A DNA stretch of 64,000 nucleotides, taken from contig CAINOI010000030.1 of the NCBI GenBank assembly GCA_903851465.1, forward strand, positions 22,795 through 86,794, in the 5' to 3' direction. The notes under the pieces were generated by a model. The model saw only the letters and a program-made list of their open reading frames with translations, was not told the origin of the DNA and did no database searches. Source of the stretch: an uncultured Bacteroidota bacterium (GTDB lineage: Bacteria > Bacteroidota > Bacteroidia > Chitinophagales > Chitinophagaceae). Below are positions 37,252 through 46,716 of this stretch, in pieces. The stretch's first letter is position 1; each line of letters opens with the position of its first letter. Position numbers and translations under genes: made by a program.

Positions 37252-39318
37252 TTATCTTTTACCTTTTAAAAATTTGTAAGTCTCTTCCTGAGATTTAAAA
37301 GAAGTTGCTTTGGCCGAAGGTACATATTTATTGCTTAATTCGCCATCCAAGATTCTTGCTTTTTGATTGTCCTTCAATTGAATATTGATGATATCAATTA
37401 ATTCTTTTTTGATAACTGGATCTATAATTGGAACAGCAACCTCAATTCTATGATCTAGATTGCGAATCATCCAATCTGCACTAGAGATAAATACTTTTTG
37501 ATTCCCCTTATTATTAAAGATAATCACTCTTGCATGTTCTAAATATTGGTCTACAATACTTAAAGCATTCATTTTCGCACTATTTTTTTCATCAGTTCGT
37601 TTGAGTGTTAGAATTCCTCTAATAATTAGATTCACTTTTACACCAGCCTTCACTGCTTTATATAAAGCGTCTAATAAAATGGTATCTGTTAGTGAATTTA
37701 ATTTGACAGTAATAGAAGCGACATAACCTTTTTTTGCAATTTGAATTTCATTTTCAATCAGACTTAATAAACCAGAACGCATATTGATAGGTGAAATAAG
37801 CAAATTTCTCATCTTAGCAATTGGTTTATCACCCTGTTGCCAATTCGCCAAGTAGTTAAAAATTCTATTTGCTTCGTTCATTAAAGTGACATTCTTAGTC
37901 ATCAAACAATGATCGGCATATATTTTAGCGGTTTTCTCATTTAAATTACCGGTGCTAATAAAACCATATTGCACTAACTTATTTTTCACTCTTTTCTGAA
38001 TCACACATAGCTTCGCATGCACTTTCATATTGGGTATACCTACAAGTACAGTAATACCTTCTTCCTCCATAATAGTTTTCCATTCTAAATTGGCTTCTTC
38101 ATCGAATCTTGCCTTTAATTCAAGGAATACCGTCACTTTCTTACCATTTCTAGCAGCATTGATCAAGGCGTTGATCACTTTTGAGTTGGATGCCAAACGA
38201 TAGGCGGTGATTTTTATAGATATAACAGTATCGTCCATGGCTGCCTCACGAAGCATGTCAATAACCGTATCGTAACTATGGTATGGAAAATGCAACATGA
38301 TATCCTTTTGCATCACCATATCAAACACCATGACCTTTTTCTTGAATGCAGGATGGATAAATGGCCTTGGTCTATTGTAATTTGGCTCTTTGATTACATT
38401 TGGGAAATCCATAAAATGTCTAAAATTATGAATATGTCCACCTGGAATGATACTGCTTTTACGATTTAAACCTAGTTTCTTAATCAGGAATTCAAGCATT
38501 TCTGGATTCATATCCTTTTCATATACAAATCTAACTGGCTTCCCTTTTCTTCTATTTTTAATCCCTTTTGAAATTTTATCAATGAAATTCAAACCTACTT
38601 CCTGGTCTAAATCAATCTCAGCATCTTTGGTAATTTTAAAAACATGGGCGTCAAATTGATTGAATTTAAAATGAGAGAAGATGATTGGCAGGTTAAATTC
38701 AATTAAATCCTCCAATAACATAATGGTTGTAAATCCGTTTTTAGAAGGTAATATGATAAATCTTCCGACTGACCTAGAAGGGATTTCAATCAATGCAAAT
38801 TTTTGTTGGTAAGCGTCATTTTTATTACCCATTACTATAGCCAAATAAAGGCTCTTGTCTCTTAAGTATGGTAATTGAGGCAGATTTTCAATCATCAATG
38901 GGATGATATCATGTCTCACTTCGTTGTCAAAATAGGTTTTTACAAATTCCTTCTGTTCCGCATTGAGTTGTTTGTTGTCAACAATAAGCACTTTGTTCGT
39001 CTTCAACTCTTTTAGGATATTTTGCCAGATTCGGTTGAATTCATTTTGTTGTCTTAATACGACTCTTTGAATTTCATCTAAAATCACCTGGGGAGATTCT
39101 ATCAAGTCTATATTAACTCCGTTTTTTTTATCTACATATTCTACCATTCTCTTCAATGTAGCTACACGAACTCTGAAAAACTCGTCTAAATTATTAGAGA
39201 ATATACCTAGGAATCTAATTCTTTCTTGTAAGGGGACACTTATATCATTTGCTTCCTGTAATACACGAGCATTAAAACTAAGCCAACTAATATCTCTTGG
39301 AATGTGCTTTTGCTTCAT
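37252..39318 (-). CDS. ppk1: Polyphosphate kinase 1
   Basis: RDISWLSFNARVLQEA, SNNLDEFFRVRVA, DIMLHFPYHS, ELKARFDEEAN, KVHAKL, SSADWMIRNLDHRIEV. Confidence 0.97.
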   Translation of the reverse strand: MKQKHIPRDISWLSFNARVLQEANDISVPLQERIRFLGIFSNNLDEFFRVRVATLKRMVEYVDKKNGVNIDLIESPQVILDEIQRVVLRQQNEFNRIWQNILKELKTNKVLIVDNKQLNAEQKEFVKTYFDNEVRHDIIPLMIENLPQLPYLRDKSLYLAIVMGNKNDAYQQKFALIEIPSRSVGRFIILPSKNGFTTIMLLEDLIEFNLPIIFSHFKFNQFDAHVFKITKDAEIDLDQEVGLNFIDKISKGIKNRRKGKPVRFVYEKDMNPEMLEFLIKKLGLNRKSSIIPGGHIHNFRHFMDFPNVIKEPNYNRPRPFIHPAFKKKVMVFDMVMQKDIMLHFPYHSYDTVIDMLREAAMDDTVISIKITAYRLASNSKVINALINAARNGKKVTVFLELKARFDEEANLEWKTIMEEEGITVLVGIPNMKVHAKLCVIQKRVKNKLVQYGFISTGNLNEKTAKIYADHCLMTKNVTLMNEANRIFNYLANWQQGDKPIAKMRNLLISPINMRSGLLSLIENEIQIAKKGYVASITVKLNSLTDTILLDALYKAVKAGVKVNLIIRGILTLKRTDEKNSAKMNALSIVDQYLEHARVIIFNNKGNQKVFISSADWMIRNLDHRIEVAVPIIDPVIKKELIDIINIQLKDNQKARILDGELSNKYVPSAKATSFKSQEETYKFLKGKR

Positions 39319-39394
39319 AATAGCCTGATTATTAAGTATTAAATAATTTGTAAATGTAAACTATAACTTTCTACGCACTACATATGGTATTAAA

Positions 39395-39451
39395 ATTAAT
39401 ATTAAGTTAATAATTAAGACACATTCTAATAACACAGATAGGCTTACTTTA
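39395..39451 (+). promoter_or_regulatory. 11-bp-period repeat array (Pho-box-like) plus variant -7 element
   Basis: ATTAATA 39395, GTTAATA 39406, AGACACA 39417 (degenerate), AATAACA 39428; TTACTTTA 39444-39451 (non-canonical -7). Confidence 0.6.
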
Positions 39452-39467
39452 CTCAAACTAAGCCCTC

Positions 39468-40313
39468 ATGAACAAACGCCCATTGGATGTATGTGTAATT
39501 AGTGATATTCATCTAGGTACATTTGGCTGCCAAGCACATGAATTACTAAATTATTTAAAAAGCATCGAACCAAGTACCCTAATTTTAAATGGCGATATTA
39601 TTGATATCTGGCAATTTAACAAGCGCTATTTCCCAGCAAGCCATATGGCAGTGATAAAACGTATTTTCAGTATGGCTAGTAAAGGGACTAGAGTGGTTTA
39701 TATTACTGGCAATCATGACGAAGCATTAAGAAAATATGGTCATTTTGAAATGGGCAATATACAATTGACCGATAAAATTGTATTTGAAATCAATGGTGAA
39801 AAAAACTGGGTATTCCACGGTGATGTATTTGATAGAACAACTAAAGGAAGCGCTAAATTATTAGCAAAACTAGGTGGATATGGCTATGATTTATTGATTT
39901 TAATCAATAGTGCAGTGAATTATTTGTGTGCACTTTTTGGCCGCGAAAAAATGAGTATCAGCAAACAGGTGAAGAATGGTGTAAAGAAAGCAGTTTCTTG
40001 GATCAATAACTTCGAGCAAACAGCTGCAGAATTGGCTATTGAAAATGGCTATAAATATGTGATTTGTGGCCATATACATCAACCTCAACATAGAGTCGTG
40101 TCGACTGAAAAAGGCAGTGTAACCTATTTAAATAGTGGGGATTGGATTGAAAATTTAACGGCTTTAGAATATGCGGATAAAGCTTGGAGCTTATATCAAT
40201 ATGATCCTAAACAATTCGAAAAAGCTGATTCAAAAAAACTGACTAAAATAGTTAATTTACAAGAAGAACTTACCGTATTAACCAACGAAGTAGCATTTCA
40301 AGTATCTATCTAA
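39468..40313 (+). CDS. plcP: PlcP-like intracellular phospholipase C (usually annotated UDP-2,3-diacylglucosamine diphosphatase)
   Basis: SDIHLGTFGCQA, GDIIDIW, GNHD, HGDVFD, LAKLGGYGY, VKKAVSWINNFE, ICGHIH match the PlcP pattern recalled from Sinorhizobium and marine bacteria. Confidence 0.72.
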   Translation: MNKRPLDVCVISDIHLGTFGCQAHELLNYLKSIEPSTLILNGDIIDIWQFNKRYFPASHMAVIKRIFSMASKGTRVVYITGNHDEALRKYGHFEMGNIQLTDKIVFEINGEKNWVFHGDVFDRTTKGSAKLLAKLGGYGYDLLILINSAVNYLCALFGREKMSISKQVKNGVKKAVSWINNFEQTAAELAIENGYKYVICGHIHQPQHRVVSTEKGSVTYLNSGDWIENLTALEYADKAWSLYQYDPKQFEKADSKKLTKIVNLQEELTVLTNEVAFQVSI

Positions 40314-41302
40314 TGAATATACTTTACGCAGTTCAAGGTACTGGAAATGGGCATATTAGTAGAGCCATTCAACTATATCCATTTTTAAAGACATATGGTA
40401 ATGTAGATTTTTTCATTAGTGGATCCAATGCTGATCTTAAAACAGATTTACCCGTCGTAGGCAGAAGTAAAGGGATTAGTCTTTTTTATAAAGCGACTGG
40501 AGGACTTGATTATTTAAAAATAGTAAGGTCTTTTTCTTTTGATATTTTTTTAGATGCCTATAAATTACCTGTCAATAAGTATGACTTGGTGATCAATGAT
40601 TTTGACTTTGTAACATCATTGGCTTGTTTATTTAGGAAAAAAAAGAGTGTACAGTTTGGACACCAAGCAAGCTTTCAAAGTAATAAAACACCAAGGGCAA
40701 AAAACAATAACTTTTTTGGAGAATTTATTTTAAAGCATTTTGTAAAAAGCACCCATTACCTTGGCTTACATTTTAAAGCATATGACGAGCATGTGTTTAA
40801 TCCAATCATTAAACAAGAAATCATTGATGCTTCACCAACCGATGATGGTCATATTTCCGTCTATTTGCCGCATTACTCTATTGCCTATTTAGAGCCTTAC
40901 TTTTTAGCAGAACCAAATTATCATTTTGAAGTGTTTAGTGCCGAAGTGACATCAATAAGAAATTATAAAAATATTGTATACTTTCCTATCAGTAATAGTG
41001 GTTTTACTAAAAGTATGATCAGGTCACATGCAGTCATTACTGGCGGCGGCTTTGAGACACCAGCAGAGGCAATGTATATGAATAAAAAGGTATTAAGCAT
41101 ACCAATAGCAAAGCATTATGAGCAATTATCAAATGCTGCTGCTTTAAAAGACTTAGGGGTAAAAGTTTTATTACAGATAGACCAAGACTTTCACGCTATA
41201 TTTACAGAGTGGATCAAGCATACTGCTCCTGTAAAACTAGAATTAACCCATTCCACAAAAGAAATTGTGGCCCAATTAATTAAACAAACACAAAACAGTT
41301 AA
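40313..41302 (+). CDS. GT-B glycosyltransferase, MJ1255/VC2487-like
   Basis: MNILYAVQGTGNGHISRA, VINDFD, ITGGGFETPAEA, HYEQLSNA; TAATG coupling to plcP. Confidence 0.85.
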   Translation: MNILYAVQGTGNGHISRAIQLYPFLKTYGNVDFFISGSNADLKTDLPVVGRSKGISLFYKATGGLDYLKIVRSFSFDIFLDAYKLPVNKYDLVINDFDFVTSLACLFRKKKSVQFGHQASFQSNKTPRAKNNNFFGEFILKHFVKSTHYLGLHFKAYDEHVFNPIIKQEIIDASPTDDGHISVYLPHYSIAYLEPYFLAEPNYHFEVFSAEVTSIRNYKNIVYFPISNSGFTKSMIRSHAVITGGGFETPAEAMYMNKKVLSIPIAKHYEQLSNAAALKDLGVKVLLQIDQDFHAIFTEWIKHTAPVKLELTHSTKEIVAQLIKQTQNS

Positions 41303-41304
41303 AG

Positions 41305-41649
41305 ATGTACAAAATATTGAATCAAGAGCAAGAAGTAGTAGCGTATATTCAAAACATGATGATCTTGAATAAAAAAAGAGAAAAAGTAATTGGCCTAGTA
41401 ATCGGAGATTGCTTTTTCGGCAATGACAATAAAGTGATTGGTAAAATTATTGACCAAAAAGTTTATTTATTAAATGGGGACATCATTGGTATGGTAGAAG
41501 CGAATAAAGATAAAAAAGACCCAGAGCTTAAAAAAGGCCTGATGTTAGAGGCTTGGGATATTTTAAGCAATATTAAAAGTCACACTTCTGATTGGATTAC
41601 CATCTCAAAAAAATGGTCAAAAAAGTCATTTATAGAAGTATTGCTTTAA
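41305..41649 (+). CDS. Small hypothetical protein with repeated V/I-I-G beta-hairpins
   Basis: 114-aa ORF 2 nt after the GT stop; KVIG/DIIG repeats. Confidence 0.6.
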   Translation: MYKILNQEQEVVAYIQNMMILNKKREKVIGLVIGDCFFGNDNKVIGKIIDQKVYLLNGDIIGMVEANKDKKDPELKKGLMLEAWDILSNIKSHTSDWITISKKWSKKSFIEVLL

Positions 41650-41666
41650 TAAGGACTTGAAATCAT

Positions 41667-42911
41667 TTAGTTTAAGAATGGACTACTCCATTTTTTATTC
41701 ACATACACATTAGTTCCACCAAGGGTTTGCATAAAGGCAACAATAGCGGCAATCTCTGCATCTGTCACATTTAAATTTTGCCCATTACCACCTGGTCTCA
41801 ATCTAGGGTCCAAATTGGTATTTCTTGGATTTAAATTAATGGTATTGTAGTGATTAATTACAGCTCGTATACTTCTTAAAACACCTGTATGCATCATTGG
41901 AGTATTGATTGCCCCATTTGCATTGGTGATATCCCTTAATGTTGCTGCTCTTGTATTGGTGATGTCTATTCCATTAGCACTATTCGCAATACCAATAATT
42001 CCATTGTTTAATGTATTAGGGTCAATGTCAAATTCAGGTGCATTGTGACAAGCGTTACAACCTAGACCACCTGTTGTTCTTAGTCCTGCTGCATTAAATA
42101 CTGGAGGAGTTAAAAAAAGCGTCTTGCCTTGATTTTCTTGTACAGTAAAATTTGGGAATGCTTGATTGTCATTATTCACTTGTGCTCTTCCAATATCATA
42201 TTTTGAATCAAAAGATTGAATACTATTGATAAAAGAAGCTAGAGAAGTTTGAATTCTATTTTCTGTTACTACAGTATCACCAAATGTGAATTTAAATAAT
42301 TCTTTATAGTAATTAATTGTACTTAGCTTACTGGTAAGTGTTGCAAAATCGCCTCTTCCATTTTGGCCGCTAAAACCCATTTCAAGGTGGTCCACAATGG
42401 GCATCGTTGTTTGAATATTTAAATTCGCCGCCCTTTCATTCCAGAAAAATTTTGCTTCATTGGCAAATCTTGTATTGATTAAACGCATGGAGTGACGAAT
42501 GGTTAATCCACCCTCTACGCCAGCACTTACAACAGCAGTGTCACCAAAGGCAAAATTTTGTTTATGACAACTTGAACAGGAGATGGTATTGTTAATACTT
42601 AAATTTTTATCATAAAATAGTACCCTGCCTAAAGTAGCATTTTTATCCGTGATGGGATTGTTACCTAAATTATTTTTTAAGATATAAGCAGGCTTATCTT
42701 GATTGGCATAATTTTCTAAATTTGCTGGATCAATTGCAGTACCAAATGTTAATTTAATTGCTGCATACGGATCGACGGTTATTGTAGTTGTATTAGAAGT
42801 AGGGGTTGCTTTCGTTGCCGAAATGAGCATCATTGCATCATTTTTTGAACAACCTGTAATACAAAAAATACCAGCAATAAGAGCTACTGTAATGAATGAT
42901 TGTAAACGCAT
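41667..42911 (-). CDS. Di-haem cytochrome c peroxidase/MauG-family lipoprotein
   Basis: Lipobox ITGC, LGRVLFYDKNLS, CSSCH and CNACH haem motifs, FWNERA, PMMHTG. Confidence 0.9.
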   Translation of the reverse strand: MRLQSFITVALIAGIFCITGCSKNDAMMLISATKATPTSNTTTITVDPYAAIKLTFGTAIDPANLENYANQDKPAYILKNNLGNNPITDKNATLGRVLFYDKNLSINNTISCSSCHKQNFAFGDTAVVSAGVEGGLTIRHSMRLINTRFANEAKFFWNERAANLNIQTTMPIVDHLEMGFSGQNGRGDFATLTSKLSTINYYKELFKFTFGDTVVTENRIQTSLASFINSIQSFDSKYDIGRAQVNNDNQAFPNFTVQENQGKTLFLTPPVFNAAGLRTTGGLGCNACHNAPEFDIDPNTLNNGIIGIANSANGIDITNTRAATLRDITNANGAINTPMMHTGVLRSIRAVINHYNTINLNPRNTNLDPRLRPGGNGQNLNVTDAEIAAIVAFMQTLGGTNVYVNKKWSSPFLN

Positions 42912-42954
42912 AGGGGGTAGTTTAGAATGTTAGCATGGGTCATTTCCATACTAT

Positions 42955-42979
42955 GACAAGCCATTAATGCATTGGTTTA
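42955..42979 (-). promoter_or_regulatory. Possible ECF-sigma-type promoter
   Basis: Minus strand TAAAC-N16-TGTC about 45 nt before the ATG. Confidence 0.35.
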
Positions 42980-43035
42980 AAGCTGTTAAAGCTATTTAAC
43001 ATTTTTTTGAAAGAGGCTTGCGACTCATAAGTCCA

Positions 43036-43251
43036 TTAGCTAACCATTCTAATATATAACTCCTCTACCTTTTTTCTGGCCCAAGGGGTTTTTCGTAAAA
43101 ATTTTAAGCTGGATTGAATACTTGGATCAATATTGAAACAATTAATTGGAATATGTTGACCCAAATCCTCCCATCCAAAATGTTGCACTAAGGCTTCCAC
43201 AATAAATGCAAGTGTTTTTCCGTGTAAAGGATCTTTATGCGGTTGTTCCAT
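43036..43251 (-). CDS. VF530/DUF2132 family small protein
   Basis: [18 protein letters not shown][24 protein letters not shown]. Confidence 0.88.
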   Translation of the reverse strand: MEQPHKDPLHGKTLAFIVEALVQHFGWEDLGQHIPINCFNIDPSIQSSLKFLRKTPWARKKVEELYIRMVS

Positions 43252-43276
43252 ACGCAATATTAAGTAATTTGCTGCT

Positions 43277-43867
43277 ATGAATGTGCATCGTTACTTTTTA
43301 TTGAACAAGCCAATGAATATGGTGTCTCAGTTTGTAAGTACACATCAAGTTCAGTTACTTTCAAATATCAATTTTAATTTTCCAGAAGGCACGCATGCTA
43401 TTGGTAGACTCGATCAAATGTCAGAGGGGTTATTATTATTAACGACCAATAAAAAAGTGACAAAATTATTGTTTCAAGGAATCCGTCCACATGTGAGGAC
43501 TTATTTAGTACAAGTAAAAAACAAAGTGAGTCAAGACACTTTAAAACAGTTGCGCAGTGGCGTAAAAATATCTGCAACGAATGGAACAACTTATACTACA
43601 ACACCTTGTAAGGTGGATGTCATTGAACCGCCAAAAGCTTTATGGGATAACGGAATCATTTTACATGAAAACCAACAATCAGATTGGTTGAGGATTGAAT
43701 TAACTGAAGGTAAATTTCACCAAGTACGTAAGATGGTGGCGACAATGCATCACCGCTGTATTCGTTTAGTAAGATGGTCTATAGAGGAGGTAACTGTTGA
43801 TGCTATTTTACCTGGACAAGTGCAAGAAGTGAGTGAGGCCTATTTTTTTAAAGCCCTTAATTTGTAA
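43277..43867 (+). CDS. rRNA pseudouridine synthase, RsuA/RluE family
   Basis: [35 protein letters not shown]. Confidence 0.9.
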   Translation: MNVHRYFLLNKPMNMVSQFVSTHQVQLLSNINFNFPEGTHAIGRLDQMSEGLLLLTTNKKVTKLLFQGIRPHVRTYLVQVKNKVSQDTLKQLRSGVKISATNGTTYTTTPCKVDVIEPPKALWDNGIILHENQQSDWLRIELTEGKFHQVRKMVATMHHRCIRLVRWSIEEVTVDAILPGQVQEVSEAYFFKALNL

Positions 43868-43917
43868 TGATAAAATAAAATTCAAATTAAGTGGGCTCAA
43901 TTAAATTAGCTAACTAA

Positions 43918-44865
43918 CTAGAACCAATCTTTAAACTTACTCAAGTCTACATTGCCCCCTGTTAAAATAATGCCTACTTTTTTTCCTTTAAATAAATCTG
44001 CATTTTTTAAAACAGCAGCCAATGGTACAGCGCAACTAGGTTCAATGATAATCTTCATTCTTTCGTACACCAATCTTAAAGCGGCTTTAATTTCATCTTC
44101 TGACACTAAAATAATATCAGCAACATGTGCTTTTATAATTTCAAGTGTGCGCTCACTTAAGGTGGTCAATAAGCCATCCGCAATGGTATTCACAAAGGGG
44201 GCTTTTTCTACTTTTCCAGATTGAATACTTAACACCGCATCTGCAGCGCCATCTGGTTCACCTGCATACACTTTTAATCCTGGTTTAAAATAATGCGCAC
44301 CTAAACAGGTGCCCGACAATAGTCCTCCTCCTCCAACTGGTGTAACCACGATATCCAAATCTGGAATTACCTCAATCATTTCTTTTACACATGTCGCTTG
44401 ACCAGTAATCACTTCGTCATTATCGTAGGGATGAATAAAGGTGGCACCTGTGCGTTCAACAATGGCTTCTAAGGTGGACTCTCTCGCTACTTGATTAGAG
44501 GCACAAATAGTCACTTCGGCACCATATCCCCTCACTGCATTTACTTTTACTTGTGGGGAGGATTCTGGCATAACGATGTAAGCTTTAATGCCCAACATTT
44601 TTGCTGCAAAAGCCAATGCCTGCGCATGGTTGCCCGAAGAATGGGTTGCAACCCCTTTTTCCAATTGTTCCTTCGTTAATTGCAAACTTGCATTCATGCC
44701 ACCTCTAATTTTGAATGCGCCAATTTTTTGAAAATTCTCACATTTAAAATAAAGGTCTAACCCATAAAGTTCATTGATACTTTTACAAGTCATGATGGGT
44801 GTGTTATGTATATAGGGCTCGATGCGATTTGCTGCCGCTTCAATACTTGCTTTTGTAATTTTCAT
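43918..44865 (-). CDS. Fold-type II PLP enzyme: serine/threonine dehydratase or serine racemase-like, no ACT domain
   Basis: FKCENFQKIGAFKIRG, HSSGNHAQA, HPYD, PVGGGGLLSG, IADG, EPSCA, TGGNVD. Confidence 0.9.
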   Translation of the reverse strand: MKITKASIEAAANRIEPYIHNTPIMTCKSINELYGLDLYFKCENFQKIGAFKIRGGMNASLQLTKEQLEKGVATHSSGNHAQALAFAAKMLGIKAYIVMPESSPQVKVNAVRGYGAEVTICASNQVARESTLEAIVERTGATFIHPYDNDEVITGQATCVKEMIEVIPDLDIVVTPVGGGGLLSGTCLGAHYFKPGLKVYAGEPDGAADAVLSIQSGKVEKAPFVNTIADGLLTTLSERTLEIIKAHVADIILVSEDEIKAALRLVYERMKIIIEPSCAVPLAAVLKNADLFKGKKVGIILTGGNVDLSKFKDWF

Positions 44866-44901
44866 AGAATGAATTTAAACAATATTTCCTTATCTTGAAG
44901 A

Positions 44902-46206
44902 ATGCAAAAGGAACAAAAAAAATTTGGCTTATGGACAAGTACTTCTTTGGTACTTGGTACGATGATTGGTGCGGGTGTTTTTTTGATGCCTTCTGCCTTG
45001 GCTAGTTATGGAAGTATCAGTTTGATTGGGTGGTTATTTTCTTCATTGGGTGCGATTGTGATTGCAAAAGTATTTGCTAACATCAGTAAATTGATTCCTT
45101 CATCGGATGGGGGGCCTTATGCATTTGCAAAAGCAGGACTAGGTGATTTTGCTGGTTTTTTGATAGGATGGGGTTATTTGATTTCTGTTTGGACTACGAA
45201 TGCGGCAATTGCTGTTTCATTGGTAAGTGCAATGAGTACTTTCTTCCCTATACTCGCTCAAGATGCTAGCATCGCTTTAGCTACAGGGTTGGTTTTTCTT
45301 TGGTTACTTACTTGGGTGAATACTTTGGGTGTCATTGCTTCTGGCAGAGTTCAATTAATGACCACGATACTAAAAATAGTACCCCTAGTATTGGTAGCAA
45401 TTGGTGGACTTTTACTTTTAGATCCACAAAATTTACTACCATTTAATAAGAGTGGAACAAGCAGCTGGCAAGCCATTACTGCGACGACCACTTTAACCTT
45501 CTTTGCATTTTTAGGGATTGAATGTGCTACCATTCCTTCTAGTAGTGTAGACAATCCAGGACAAAATATATCCAAAGCAACGATGTTCGGTGTTTGGATT
45601 GCAGCGTCCATTTATATTTTTAGTACGATCTCCATCATGGGGATGATTCCAGCAAGTCAATTACAAGTTTCCATTACCCCATTTGCCGATGCTGCAGAAA
45701 AAATTTATGGACATGGTGCAAAATACTGGGTTAGTGCAGGCGCTGCTATTGCTGCATTTGGCGCATTAAATGGATTGATATTAGTGCAAGGACAAATGCC
45801 CTATGCGATGGCAAAGGATAAGTTATTTCCTGCATTTTTTGCGAAACAAAATCGCAAAGGGGTGCCTGCAAATGGTGTGATTGTATCTAGTATCATTATC
45901 ACTTTATTGATGTTCATGAACAATTCAAAAAATTTAGCCGGCCAATTTAAGTTGTTGATACTGCTCTCTACTTTTTTTACTTTGCTACCTTATTTATTTA
46001 CGACTGTATCTTATTTAATTGTTCGTGCAAAAGAAGCAACCACCTTCACTAAAACCAAAACGGTCACGGCAATCGTCTTAAGTGCCATCGCATTTTCTTT
46101 TTCTATGTGGATGTTGATTGGTTCAGGACAGGAAATTGTCTATTGGGGATTCATCATGTTGATGCTGGGTGTGCCCTTCTATGTTTATATGGTGTACAAA
46201 AAGTAA
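44902..46206 (+). CDS. APC-family amino acid permease (PotE/AdiC-like)
   Basis: GTMIGAGVFLMPS, GGPYAFA, FFAFLGIECA, about 12 TM segments. Confidence 0.92.
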   Translation: MQKEQKKFGLWTSTSLVLGTMIGAGVFLMPSALASYGSISLIGWLFSSLGAIVIAKVFANISKLIPSSDGGPYAFAKAGLGDFAGFLIGWGYLISVWTTNAAIAVSLVSAMSTFFPILAQDASIALATGLVFLWLLTWVNTLGVIASGRVQLMTTILKIVPLVLVAIGGLLLLDPQNLLPFNKSGTSSWQAITATTTLTFFAFLGIECATIPSSSVDNPGQNISKATMFGVWIAASIYIFSTISIMGMIPASQLQVSITPFADAAEKIYGHGAKYWVSAGAAIAAFGALNGLILVQGQMPYAMAKDKLFPAFFAKQNRKGVPANGVIVSSIIITLLMFMNNSKNLAGQFKLLILLSTFFTLLPYLFTTVSYLIVRAKEATTFTKTKTVTAIVLSAIAFSFSMWMLIGSGQEIVYWGFIMLMLGVPFYVYMVYKK

Positions 46207-46260
46207 GATCAAATTCGTATAAATTCATCAACAATATGGCTTTTATAATTGTTTAGCTTT

Positions 46261-46268
46261 TATATTCG
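46261..46268 (+). promoter_or_regulatory. -7 element variant TATATTCG for the small ORF-sulP-can operon
   Basis: TAnnTTCG 6 nt before the ATG at 46275. Confidence 0.55.
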
Positions 46269-46274
46269 CATGGT

Positions 46275-46595
46275 ATGAAAAAAAGGCTCATTGGTATTTT
46301 ATTGACTTTGGTGGTTGCCACACAGATTTTTCCTTTGGAAGGGCTCCGCTTTTGGGTTAATTTAATTGAAACCAATGGTCATTCTACAACAGCCACTTTA
46401 CTCGCTTTGGAGGAAGAAGAGGTTGAAGAAATTCAGATGAAAGTCAAGAACATGGAATCCAACCATTCAATGTATTTTGAATCCCAAACTGCATTGATGA
46501 TCATCGACTCCAATTATCCTATTATTACACATCTAGGCTCAGTGATTGATCGAAACAATCCTATACTTATTCCACCGCCCAATACGATTATTTAA
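46275..46595 (+). CDS. Small membrane-anchored protein ending ...PPPNTII, candidate regulatory uORF
   Basis: N-terminal hydrophobic helix, EEEEVEE patch, CCA-CCG-CCC codons at 46572-46580, four codons before the stop. Confidence 0.65.
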   Translation: MKKRLIGILLTLVVATQIFPLEGLRFWVNLIETNGHSTTATLLALEEEEVEEIQMKVKNMESNHSMYFESQTALMIIDSNYPIITHLGSVIDRNNPILIPPPNTII

Positions 46596-46716
46596 TTCGT
46601 ATCCTTATAACCTTTCTAATTACTGAAACAGAGGGTTATCATTCATCTATTTTTTTAAGTTAATTGCTACTTGGTACAACCTGTAGAAATTAATGTCATA
46701 TTATTAATAAATTCAA

